NCBI GenBank assembly: GCA_043228905.1
Contig: JBHGNT010000013.1
Span: 9,486,001-9,550,000, forward strand
From: Azolla caroliniana
Lineage: Eukaryota > Plantae > Polypodiophyta
Direction of reading: 5' to 3'
Length of the DNA stretch: 64,000 bases
The stretch's first letter is position 1, and every line of letters starts with the position of its first letter. The notes below the pieces were generated by a model. That model worked only from the letters and a program-made list of their open reading frames with translations, had not been told where the DNA came from and did not search any database. A program made the position numbers and the translations under genes. Of the stretch, positions 12,659-24,168 are shown one piece after another.

Positions 12659-15600
12659 GTAAACCCCTCACCTCCCCTCTTCATCACACCAACCGACACC
12701 CCCGTTTGCCATCCTACCTCGATCAAAGAGGTCAACACAACTGGCCAACACTTTCCTCAAAGCCCCACCACTTCCAAAGAGGAGAACGCACGTGAGAGAG
12801 ATGACCAATCCGTCACCTCCAAGACGTCAGAAATGAATTGGGTGCACGCTCTCACCACAACCGACGCAATGTACCCTATAGGTACAAAGTGTTGTGATGA
12901 GAAAAGAGAAACAATCTCGTGCTTCAACGTCACCACCCTAGGTCCCCAGCGAAAAGACGTAGACATAGAGGACGAAGAACTGGTACAACGAGTCACACGT
13001 CCAGGTGACGTCACGACCACTCAAGAGGCGGTGACGGAAGCGGACTTCCCAGAGCATTTCAAACTCTATGAACAAGGGAGTAGGGCAGTGGCTTGTAAGA
13101 AACCGCAACGCAACCCCCAAGGCCTAGGAGAAGTCTATGATGGACCAGCAAGGGTGAAAGAAATAAACCTTGGGAAAGGGGCAAACTCCAAACCGGTGTT
13201 CATAGCTACAGATCTCCAACCGGACGAGGAGGCGTCCTTGATCACTCTCCTCACGGAATTTAGCGACGTGTTTGCATGGTCGTACGTCGACATGAAGGGA
13301 GTCCCAACCGAGGTCGTCACACATAGTATCCCCATGTGAGCCGACGCCCGCCCAATCCGGCAAAGGCCATGTCCAATGAATCCTAACTACGCCCAACAAG
13401 TGAAAGCCGAAATCAACAAAATGTTAGCTGCATGCATTATCTACCCAATCGAACGAACTACTTGGGTCTCCCCAATTGTGGTCGTCCCAAAGAAAAACGG
13501 CCAGATCCGCATATGTGTAGACTACCGCCAAGTTAACGAAGCCACTATCAAGGACAATTACCCGGTACCCTACATCGAACATTTACTCGAAAGAACCGCA
13601 GGAGCAGAAGCGTATAGCTTCATCGACGGGTTCTCCGGGTACAACCAAATCTCGGTGGTCCCTGAGGATCAACACAAGATAGCTTTCGCCACGGAATTTG
13701 GTACGTTCGCGTATAAACAGATGCCTTTCGGACTCACGAGCGCCTTGAGCACCTACCAAAGAGCAGCGGACCATATCTTTGCCGCAAGGTTACGACAAGG
13801 GGTGGAGTCTTATGTTGACGACTTATGTTGCAATTCAAAATGGCATGACCACTTGGGGCTACTCCGTTTGACGTTCGAAAAATGCAGAACCTATCAACTC
13901 TCTCTCAACCCACTCAAGTGTCAGTTCTGGGTCAAGCACGGAATAATATTAGGACACGTCGTGTCCCGCCACGGGATCTCGACCGATGAGGCAAAAGTAA
14001 AACTCATCCTCGACATGCCACCCCCCACGAACGAGAAACAACTACAAGGGTTCATGCGATACGCGGGTTACTATAGACGCTTCATTAAGATGTTCGCGGA
14101 CAAGGCTAGACCACTCTACTCCCTATTAAAGCAGTTCGTGTGGATAGAGGAATGCACACACTCCTTCAAGCTCTTGAAAGAGTGCCTAACTAAGGCCCCC
14201 ATCCTCCGGCCTCCCGACTGGACCAAAGAATTCCACGTGCACACCAACGCTTCTGCCTTCGCGATTGGTGCAGTGCTAGCCCAACCCAGTGAAGGGGCAC
14301 TCGACCTACCGGTCACCTTCGCTAGTCGCCAGCTAAATGCCGCGAAACGAAATTACTCCACGACGGAACAGGAGGCTTTGGCCATGGTCTACAGCGTAAA
14401 GAAATTCCGCCACTACCTATTGGCATCCCGGTTCTCATTTTTTGTAGACCATCAGGCCCTACTCTACTTAGTAAACAAAACTCACGCCACTGGACGCATC
14501 TCACGAGGGATCGTAACATTACTCGAATTCGACTTCAAGGTAGTAGTGAGAAAAGGGAAAGACCATGTACTCGCCGATCATTTCTCCCGGATTCCCAACG
14601 GAGAAGAAGCCACTGGGGTCGATGACGAAACACCAGATGCAGCATTATTCGCGATCGATACCGTACCAGCATGGGCATCAGACATAGTTCGCGTCCTAAC
14701 CGAAGGAGCGTCCTTCCTAAAACAACTACCACGAACACACGTGCGTGCCTTGTTAAAGAAATGTGGCCCCTTCACGATGCTCCGAGGCAATCTGTACCGT
14801 CGGGGTAACGACGATCTACTTCGGAGGTGTATAACAGACCATGACGTCGTCACCACCCTCGAACAAGCTCATTGCGGGAGCGGAAGTGGTCATTTCAATC
14901 ACGAGACCACTGCGCGCAAGATCCTTCAGTCCGGCCTATGGTGGCCAACACTCTTCAAAGACACATACGCATACGTACGTCGTTGTGACGAGTGTCAACG
15001 TTTCAAACACCCGCTAAAAGCGGATTTTAATACGTTAAACTCGGTGGTGGCATGGCAACCATTTGAGAAATGGGGTATCGACTTTATTGGCCCAATCAGC
15101 CCAGCTTCCAACCTCAACCGATACATAATAACCGCTACCGACTACGCCACCAAGTGGGTTGAAGCGAAAGCTTGCGTTAACGCCGACGCGCGTAGTACTG
15201 CCAAATTCCTATATGAAAATGTCATCGTACGGTTTGGATGTCCGCTCGAAATCATTAGTGACCAAGGCTCACATTTCCTGAACGAGGTGATAGCACATTT
15301 ATTAGGCGAGTTTATGGTGACACACCGCAAAAGTTCTCCTTATTACCCTCGATGCAACGGACAAGCGGAAAGCACGAATAAGGTGCTATGTGCAGTACTC
15401 ACAAAGATAGTCGTTGCCTCCCGATCTGATTGGAGCACCAAACTCCAAGCAGTATTATGGGCTTTCCGTACTTCCTACAAAGTCGCAACTCACCACACAC
15501 CATTCAAACTGGTGTACGGGCAAGAAGCAGTATTACCCATCGAGTTCCTTGTCCCTAGCCTCAGGATCTCCGTACAGGAACGATGGGAAGGGGACCCCCT

Positions 15601-16033
15601 CCCGTCACGCCTAGAGAACCTAGAACGACTGATAGAAACTCGCCTTCTCGCATTCCAGGCACTCTTGGCAGAGAAAGCCAATAGAAAGGTGTGGCACAAC
15701 AATAAAGTCAAGAACAAAGACCTCGCGGAAGGCGACATGGCCCTCAAATTCTCCTCTCAACGACACAAGAAGAAGTTGAAGCTACGGGGCGAAGGCCCGT
15801 ATGTGGTTTCGGAGGTTACCAAGACAAGAGCATGTCGCCTACGCACGATCGAAGGTTTTGACATCCCCGGGTTCATTAATGGGAGCAAGCTCAAACGTTA
15901 CTATGGACCCCTCACACTCGAGGCTCTACTCACGGCTCGGCAACGAGAGGTAGAGGCCAAACTTAAAGCCTCCGAAGGCCGAATGGCCCGCCTCGAAACC
16001 GACCTGCGCAACACGCAAGCAAAATTGAAGTGA
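12659..16033 (+). pseudogene. Gypsy G pol: RT - RNase H - integrase (GPY/F), with no upstream protease
   Basis: WVSPIVVVPKK, RICVDYR, MPFGL, YVDD; RNase H HT(N)AS..NYSTTEQEALA; integrase H..H..C..C, WGIDFIGP, ISDQGSHF, NGQAE, GPY. One in-frame TGA at 13337-13339. Confidence 0.95.
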
Positions 16034-16057
16034 CAGGGACACGCCCATCCGACAGCC

Positions 16058-16735
16058 ATGGCTCGGGCGGCCAACTCTAATGATGGAACAATACAACTAC
16101 AATGTTGTGTCAACGACATGCCTTTGACGGCGGTAATCGACACAGGAGCATCGCTAACCCTTTTCTCCTTTGAAACATGGAGACGTCTAGGTTGCCCAAA
16201 CCTCGAAGTGTGCAACGACAACTTCCGTGGCTTCGATGGGTCCAAGTCATGTTGCCTGGGAAGCTTCGGGTGTAACATCAAGACAGAATACAGCGCGCAC
16301 TTAATCCAAGTTCGGGTACTCCCACCCGGAGTGATGCACACACAATGCCTCCTCGGTTTAGATTGGTGTCGCATAAGCGAATGTCTCCTATCACCCAGCA
16401 AACACATCGTCTCTTTTCAAACAGGAGGTGGACTGAAGTCCGAGGACCTCCTCGCAACAACACTCGAATCACATCTCGTTGTCCTCGCTGATCCCCAAAG
16501 CGTGGAGCTACCCAAACAAGCAACACACCGACACCCACTGGTCGCCCATAGCCAACGCGACACTAACAATAGAACACAAACACCCAAACCACGAGAATGG
16601 GTGAACGTCCACGCAGTGTTCGTTGAAGGCCCACGCTACGGAGAACGTGCGGTGTGGCGAGTCAGAAAAATACTCACAACCGCACAAGGTTGGCACAATG
16701 GTGCCACTAGCTTCTGGGTCCCAAAACGAAGCTGA
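16058..16735 (+). CDS. Retropepsin-like aspartic protease plus unknown domain, in frame with and downstream of integrase
   Basis: AVIDTGASLTLFS catalytic motif, flap-like FRGFDG, C-terminal CLLGLDW motif. Same frame as 13376-16033, separated by one TGA. Confidence 0.85.
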   Translation: MARAANSNDGTIQLQCCVNDMPLTAVIDTGASLTLFSFETWRRLGCPNLEVCNDNFRGFDGSKSCCLGSFGCNIKTEYSAHLIQVRVLPPGVMHTQCLLGLDWCRISECLLSPSKHIVSFQTGGGLKSEDLLATTLESHLVVLADPQSVELPKQATHRHPLVAHSQRDTNNRTQTPKPREWVNVHAVFVEGPRYGERAVWRVRKILTTAQGWHNGATSFWVPKRS

Positions 16736-17060
16736 CTCCCCAGTCTCGATCATACCACGCCTAAAGGGACATCGATGAACCCCAAGGCGTGGAGTCGCTC
16801 GACCAAACCGAACGCCAACACCCACTGGCCACCCAAGACCAGCGCGACGTTGACGTCAGAACACGGACACCCAAACCACGGGAATGGGTGAATGTTCACG
16901 TTGTTTTTGCGGACGGGCAACGTTGTGGAGAATCCGCCATTTGGCGAGTCAAAAAGACACTCACAACAGCACAAGGTTGGTACAAAGGCACCACTAGCTT
17001 TTGGGTCCCAAAACGAAGCCGACTCCCCAGTCGCGATCATACCACGCCTGCAGGGGACAC
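16493..17060 (+). repeat. Tandem duplication (~287 bp) encoding two copies of a Trp-rich domain
   Basis: KPREWVNVHAVF..AVWRVRKILTTAQGWHNGATSFWVPKRS versus KPREWVNVHVVF..AIWRVKKTLTTAQGWYKGTTSFWVPKRS. Confidence 0.9.
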
Positions 17061-17439
17061 CCGAAAAGCACACACATCAGCCCGGTATCCTGCCCAGGAT
17101 AAAGCCACAGGAAGCGACAAGCCTAAACAACTGAGAGACCGAACACCCCGTAGGATGGTTTCACAAATCCTCCCCACCCCCTTAACAAACATGCCACAGG
17201 TTTGGATCCTTAAAAGTCACGGACCCAGAACCTCACACGATACCCGAGTGACACTCCATCCACAGTCGCATCCTCAAGGTTCCTCAAAAGCCCTTAATTT
17301 ACCCAATCCCCTACTACGTTCCCCGTAGACCCCCGTTTAGACCCACCTCACCATCAGTATCCGAATCTTCTCCATCGATTCCTCCCTACACTCCCAACCT
17401 CGCATCCCCGTCGGTTGTCCCTCGTTGCTGTGATTTGTG

Positions 17440-18250
17440 TTCTATTAATTGTATTAGTTTTTCTTTTTCTTTTTCTTTTTCTTTTTCTTTTTCTTTTTCT
17501 ATTATTTTTGTCCTTTTTTCTTTTTTTTTAAAAATTTTATTTATTTTATTTTAGTTTTTATGATCTTTAACATTATTTTATTGATTTACTTTATTTGTAA
17601 TGACTATTATTGTCAGTATCCGTTTCTTTCTTTTTTCTTTTTTTTTTTTATGATTTTTTTTTTCTATACCGATTGTTATTATCCTTATTTTGTTTTGTTT
17701 TTTGTTATGTTTTTTTTTTTTTTTTTTTCGTTTTTTGAGTGGGTTTTTTTTTTATCTTTCTTTTTCCTTTTTGCTTTTTCTTTTTTTCGTTTTTCTTCTT
17801 CTCCTCCTTCTTCTTTTTTCTCCTTCTTCTTTGCTCTACCTCCCCTCCCTCCTTTTTTAGCTATCCTCTTTCTGCTTGTCCCCTCCCTTCTCACTCCACG
17901 CTTCCACGCTCTACATCACTCTTCCCCCCCCTCCCCGCTCACACTATTCCTCCCCTCCCCCCCCCCAATCTCAGTTCGTGGCTTTCTCCCACCCTCAGCA
18001 TCCCCGCCCCTCCTCCACCAGTTGCCTGCACCGGTCGCTGCCTCGCCTCCTCCACACCTTGCTTTACCACACCTCGGGTAGGCCCTTTCCCCCCCCCCCC
18101 CCCCCCAATCTCTGTTCGTGGCTTTCTCCCACCCTCAGCATCCCCGCCCCTCCTCCACCGGTTGCCTGCACCGGTCGCCGCCTCGCCTCCTCCACACCTT
18201 GCTTTCCCACACCTCGGGTAGGCCCTTCCCCCCCCCCCCCTCTCTCTCAT
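17440..18250 (+). repeat. T-rich low-complexity tract followed by a C-rich ~139-bp tandem duplication bounded by poly-C
   Basis: (TTTTTC)n and poly-T runs. CCCAATCTC.GTTCGTGGCTTTCTCCCACC.. occurs at ~17964 and ~18103. Confidence 0.85.
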
Positions 18251-18558
18251 TTTGACACACCACACTGCACTCCCCTCGTACCTGCCCTTCGTTCCTTTAC
18301 GGCACACTACGGGCCTCCCAGCTGTGGCGACCATAGCCGGCACACTACGTCTACACTCCCCCCATGGCGGCCATAGCCGTTGCCCCGTCGCTGCCGCCCC
18401 TCCTCATGGCGCTACCCGTCTACGCTGCCCCACCGTCCCGACGTTTTTTTTCTCTCTTTCTCTTCTTTCTTTCGTTCCCCCCGAGGTGGCCGTGACAGCC
18501 GCCTCGTCGTTTCACCCTCCCCACGTCATTGGCCGTTTCCAGCCCACTCCACCTCGTG

Positions 18559-18950
18559 GTTCGAGGGACCCAACCCCTCAAACTATTTGTTGTTCGAGGG
18601 GCCCAACCTCTCGAACTACACAGTGTTCGAGGGGCCCAACCCCTCGAACTCCCCGTTGTCCGAGGGGTTCAACCTCTCGAACTACACAGCGTTCGAGGTG
18701 CCCAACCCCTCGAACTCCCCGTTGTCCGAGGGGTCCAACCCCTCGAACTACACAGCGTTCGAGGGGCCCAACCTCTCGAACTACACAGCGTTCGAGGGGC
18801 CCAACCCCTCGAACTACCCATTGTTCGAGGAGTCCAACCTCTCGAACTACACAGTGTTCAAGGGGCCCAACCCCTCAAACTATCCATTGTTCGAGGAGTC
18901 CCCACCCAGCCCAACTCCTCAAACCACACGTCATTCGAGGAGTCCAACTC
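18559..18950 (+). repeat. 33-bp tandem array of hairpin units (10 full units plus degenerate copies)
   Basis: Unit GTTCGAGGGG-CCCAA-CCCCTCGAAC plus an 8-nt variable linker; the two arms are reverse complements. Confidence 0.95.
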
Positions 18951-19229
18951 TTAGACCACGTAACCCTTCGTTGCAACGTTACTATGAAATTAGGACCCAA
19001 ATAAAATAAAATAAAATAAAAGGGGGGTGGGGGAATTTATGGAAACTACCCGAACTCGCTGCTTCTTCACCACATTTTACTGAGTTACTTCGTAGTTAGG
19101 ACTCCACGTCCCGCTCCCAAAAAATAAAAAATAAAAAATCCAGCGGGGGAATCTATTGAAACTACCCATACTTGTTGATTCATGACCACATTTACCTATA
19201 CTAATATTTTTCCTCGCAGGTTGCCAACG

Positions 19230-21250
19230 ATGACGCCTCCCTAATTTATCAAACTCCTCCACGCATACTACCCCGATGCAGGGTGCGGTTCCTTAGTCAT
19301 TCCAGCGGTGTTCAACAATACCCGATGTACTTACAGGGTTCCCACGGCCGCCACGCAGCTCAAGTACCTCGAATCCGACGTGTTCGCCACTCTCTCATGA
19401 CTTGCCCTCAAGTTCTTCCTTGGGATCGGGCCGTGGGGCGTCCTACCCAAACTGATCAACCGTTTCCTAATCGGGTACAACCCCGATACGGGCCACGTCA
19501 ATATGCAGCCTTTCGTAGACTCCCCCCCCCCCGTCGCATTCCAGTTCACCGCGGCCGACGTTTGTGCTACGCTGCATTTACCCCTCAAAGGCGCCCCCTT
19601 CCGACCCATGAGGACCCCGGGGGTTGTCCCCGGCATCATTCCTGTCGCCTACGCCGAATATTCTGGACGTGAAGGGTGGCGTTACACCGAAATCCCTCTC
19701 CATCTCCACGACCGTTGTAGCGCCATAGCCCAAATCGGCGACACCGCATCTACCGATGCCACCGCTCGTATCACCAGTGAGTACCTCAAGTGGGCACATG
19801 ACCCACAACCAGTCCAGTGGGCTCACGAGCTTGGCCGCCGGGTCCGAGAATGGCACACACGGCCCAAATCGACTGTCAATTTCGCGTGGTTCCTCACCCG
19901 CTACTTGTGCGCAAAGTTCAGCATCGGACCCCCCGCCCTCCCTTCGTACGCTGCCAAGAACGCTTCTACAAGATCACTGTCCCAGGCCAACTCGAACGCC
20001 TTCGTCTCCCCGGACGCGACTTTTTACGACAAGTAAACCAAGGTGAATAGGCACGGCCACCAGCACACAAACAACCCCCAATCACCCACGTGTCAGCCGA
20101 AGCTAACCTCGACACCCCTGAGGATATCACGAATCGTGTGAAGGAATTCCAGACACACGAGTTCACCCCCACCGAAATCCAAGCCTTGTCCACCACTTTC
20201 CACTATGTGTCACATCAGACAACAACCATGACTCCGTGTTCCCGCAGCTACACCATTGAGTCAATCTTACGCGACCAACGGAACCCGCCAACCCCGCCTC
20301 CACCCACCTCACCAACCCCTGCACCCCACAAATCCTCTCCCCCCGCTCCGGCCACAACTACCCCACCTTTCCCGTCCACCACCACCGACGACACCCCGCA
20401 ACCCCGACCCCATAAACTCGCCTGCCACACCACTCCCGACACCGAAACCCCCGATCGGCCCACGACCGCAACCCCGGCAATTCCCCTCCAACCCACCCTC
20501 GCCCCCGCCCAAATGACAACCCCGCTTCCGCCACCCCCCCTCCCGACCTCCGTGCCTTACTCGACCTCCCTCACTGCAGTTACTACCCACCCTACCCCCT
20601 CCCTCGCCATCCCCCCCAAACCCTTGACCGACATGGTGGCCGACCTCCTAAAGATGACTGCCATCGTGAACCGTCGCCTACTTCAAGTTCAGGCACAAGC
20701 CCAACAGACCGCCACCGACCAACACGAGATGACTACACGGAACGAGATCTTGGTCGCTGAGGTACGGAGCGCCCTCCATACCAACGTATGCCAAGCGGCC
20801 GCCCACGACCTCCTCAAGCAAGAACTCCTGACAACGCAAACTCGACACCAACAACTCGGTGACGAATTCCAAAAAGCTCGAACAACCTGGCACCACGACC
20901 AGGAACGCGCAGCGCAAACACATGCCGAACTTTCGGCCAAGTACGTCCGCCTCACCACCCAACACCAACTGTCCGAGGCCCGCCTCGTAGCCGTGACGGC
21001 TGATCTCTCCGAACGGTCCGAGGCCCTGGCCGCCGCCATGGCCACCACTCACCAACTCATGAGCGAGATCACCACCCTCAAGGCTGAACGAGATGCCATG
21101 ATCCACCAAGTCGAAGTCGCCAATGAACACAATTGATGTCTCCTCATCAAACACCGCCGCCAATGCGCCGACCTCGAAAAGGACATCCTTCAACTCCGCA
21201 CGTCCAAAGCCGCCCTTGAACATGCCCTCACCCCCGATGCGACGGACCCC
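19230..21250 (+). pseudogene. Gypsy G extra ORF 1: plant-mobile-domain-like N-terminus, Pro/Thr-rich linker, coiled coil
   Basis: ATG 19230 is in frame with ORF 19503-20036 (two internal stops). Motif LINRFLIGYNP..FTAADVCATLHLPLKG. After a frameshift, ORF 20090-21136 is Pro-rich then heptad-like helical. Confidence 0.6.
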
Positions 21251-21295
21251 TCCACCGTTCAGACCCCTCTCCTTACCCCAGCTGGCTCTCCGAAT

Positions 21296-22577
21296 ATGAT
21301 CCAGGCACTCTCGGTGTACGTGAACTCAACCTCCCTGCTTTCCGAACTTTTCACTGCACCACGCACACCACGCACCCTCCTCATCCAAGCAACGTGCGTC
21401 CTTCGGTCGAAACCACACCCCCAGACCGACAGACCTTCATCCGAGTACTCCCTGAAGACAACCACGCCCTCGCCCTCTTCATGTTATACAAGGAAGCCAC
21501 CGAAGAACCTGCTCCCCCAACCAGCGACCTCTTCCCCCAACACCTCCCCATTTTGTTCCTCGAAGGTATAGCCTACCTTCACACCGCCCTCACCCCCGAC
21601 TTAGACATCTCCGACCTGATCTATTTCACCTACCCTTCTGATGTCACGATGCAAGTCACCGAAGACCAGTTGGCCCACCTCTTCACAACACTGGTGCGCT
21701 TACACCACATCGCTGACACCCTCACCCGCACCCTATTGGAAAACACGACGACCTCCGTACCCCCCTTCGGTTTCCTCTGGCTAGTACGCGCTTAGCAAAC
21801 CGCTTGGGACGTCGGGGTTCGTACTCACATATTCAGCATCGAATACGCCACGTTCAACTAGCCCACCGACCTCGAGGCTGACGACATACCGGAATTAGCC
21901 CTATACCTCGACATTTCCCGCGAGTATCAACTCATGATGTTCGATAAGGCTCGTGCGCGTGCCCTCCTACCCCCGCACCCCGCTTCTCCCCCCCCAGAGA
22001 TCGACCTGGAGGGGGACCACGACTCACCTGATGAACCCAACACCCAGCCACCGCCTCACCCTCGCCCTCCCTCCTCCCCGCCTCCAAGCCCGATTTTCGC
22101 GTTGCCCATGCATGCCTACCCACCCTTCAATTCAACTAGGCGTTGTTCCCCCGACCCCCGCGCACATCCCCGACCGAACCCGACGTGATCCGGGTCATGC
22201 GACGATTCCTACGTACATACCTCAACATCCCGGACCCCGACATTCAAGCCAGCCTTCGTTTTCTACAACTTCTACTCATTCTCCTTGACTTTGGCCCGTA
22301 CGAAGCCCCCCCTTCCAATGGCACACGTTTTTTCCCCGCTTACATAAGCTTTAGTCGAAACCCCCCTTCTCCCTTCGTCGGCCACAACACCTGCACCTGG
22401 CTCATCAGCCCCAAGAAAGATTTCTTCACAACAACCGACCAACTGCAGGAAATCCGGCTACCACCACTGAACATCCGTCGTCTTCGCCATCATCTCCGCT
22501 GCCACCCGCCCCCCGACGAACCCCCCGACACCCGAAGCTCCCCTCCCACAGTGCACTCGGGAGTGTGCACTCATTAG
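21296..22577 (+). pseudogene. Gypsy G further degenerate extra ORF(s) of unknown function, ending at the PPT
   Basis: Protein-like ORF fragments 21394-21795, 21934-22188 and 22143-22577 on the sense strand; no family recognised. Confidence 0.4.
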
Positions 22578-22588
22578 GTTGGGGGAGA

Positions 22589-23155
22589 TGTTAAGTGTTG
22601 GGATAACAACACAACCAGTCACGAATAAGAACGCATCAACAAAGACGTAGTATGAAGAGGAAACGGCAAGACGAAAGGAAAGCAAAGAGACGGCCAAATG
22701 TGAAAGGCCCATACCCTAAACGTGAAAGCTATATAAACCACATAGTAGTGGCTTTGTGGGGGTTCTCCCATTTGTAAAGATCTCCTATTGATTAGAGCTA
22801 GAGCTTCCTCCCCTCTTTCTTGTAACCTTTGAGCTTAAGAGAGATTAGTGAAGTGTTGAGTTAGAGAACACTAATCTCTCTCCTTGTTGGTGCTAGACCT
22901 CTTAGCAAAGAGGGTTAATAATAGACATACTCTTGCTTCTTATTGTCTATACTATTGATCTATTGTTTATGAGAGAGAGCTTGAGAGAGTGAGAGAGAGA
23001 TCGTGCTTAATCATTTACTAATCGTTGAGTGAGTGTGAGGCTCAGAGGTATCCCACAACCATCTCCGCCCGATTCGCCATCAAGAGGGTATACGCCGGTC
23101 TGAATCCCACCACGACATCGAGGAGCTTACTCCATCGATACATAGATCCTTAACA
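22589..23155 (+). repeat. 3' LTR of Gypsy G (567 bp)
   Basis: TGTTAAG..CTTAACA terminal inverted repeat, PPT upstream, TSD downstream. Confidence 0.95.
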
Positions 23156-23160
23156 GTATG

Positions 23161-24150
23161 TAAGCTAAAAAAGGCTCTCTATGGACTGAAACAAGCACCA
23201 AGAGCATGGCATAGAGAACTTTCAGATTATCTGAAAAAACTTGACTTCAAAATGTCAAAGGCTGATTCATCATTGTATGTTAAAAGGAAAGATGATTGTA
23301 TTGTTGTGATTCTGATTTATGTTGATGATCTCATCATTGGAGGTGATTCCATGGATGAAATAAGTAAGCTGAAAAGAAATTTGGAAATGCAGTTTCATGT
23401 GAAAGATTTGGGAGATCTGAGATATTTTTTGGGTATTGAAATCATCAGATATTTTTTGTGTTGCAAAGACAATATGCAACAACTATGTTGAAAAAGTATG
23501 GTATGCTTGGCTGCAAACCTATTGGAGTACCACTAGATAAAAACTGCAAATTGAGGGCTGATTTGGGAGCCAAAATAGAAGATGTAAACATGTGCAGGTC
23601 TATGGTGGGCAGCCTTATTTATTTGACCATAACAAGACCTGATTTGAGTTATGCAGTTGGATTAGAAGATAGAAGATCCACAAGTGGATATATGTTTACA
23701 TTGGGAAGTGCAGGTATTTCATGGAGTAGCAAGAAACAAGCTACTGTTGCATTGTCTAGTACTGAAGTTGAGTACAGAGGAGCCACCATAGCCACTTGTG
23801 AAGAGGTATGGATCAGAAGATTTCTTGCTGATTTGGGAGAGTATATAGATGGTACTGTCACAATCTGGTGTGACAATATGAGCAACATTCAACTTGCAAA
23901 AAACCCAGTATTCCATGCAAGAACAAAGCACATTGAAGTGCATTATCACTTTGTTAGAGAAAAAGTGATTGAAGGAGAAGTTGATCTGGTGTATGTGAAT
24001 ACAAATCAACAGGTTACTGATATTCTCACAAAGGGATTAAGTGTGGAAAAGCATACACAGTTTCGGAACATGATGGGAGTTGTAGACACTGATATGATGG
24101 CTGAAAACCATCATGGAAAGGAAGTTGTAGATAATCCCAAGAAAGGATAA
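23161..24150 (+). pseudogene. Copia B RT C-terminal half and RNase H
   Basis: LYGLKQAPRAW, LIYVDDLII, KDLG, TRPDLSYAV, SSTEVEY, RTKHIEVHYHF. Frameshift and an internal deletion. Confidence 0.9.
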
Positions 24151-24168
24151 GTTGAGCTTGAGTGGGAG

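Larger units (their letters stand above)
9044..23155 (+). mobile_element. Ty3/Gypsy element G (non-chromovirus-like RT), 14.1 kb, order gag-RT-RH-INT-PR plus extra ORFs
   Basis: LTRs 9044-9578 (3'-truncated) and 22589-23155, TSD GTATG (9039-9043, 23156-23160), PPT AGGTTGGGGGAGA 22576-22588. Inserted in the RT of Copia B. Confidence 0.95.

Noticed and set aside
16031-16033. Programmed stop read-through between integrase and protease
   Set aside because: Cannot be excluded, but the same frame has several other TGA stops and one is CGA in a duplicate copy, so CpG decay is the simpler explanation.
17560-18376. Phe-rich, Lys-rich and Pro-rich ORFs resembling membrane or env proteins
   Set aside because: Low-complexity poly-T and poly-C DNA lacking stops by composition.
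18559-18950. CRISPR array
   Set aside because: Eukaryotic retroelement context, linkers only 8 nt and recurring, no cas genes; kept as a hairpin tandem repeat.
18252-19009. ORFs with 11-aa repeats in all three frames
   Set aside because: A consequence of the 33-bp array; no frame is favoured.
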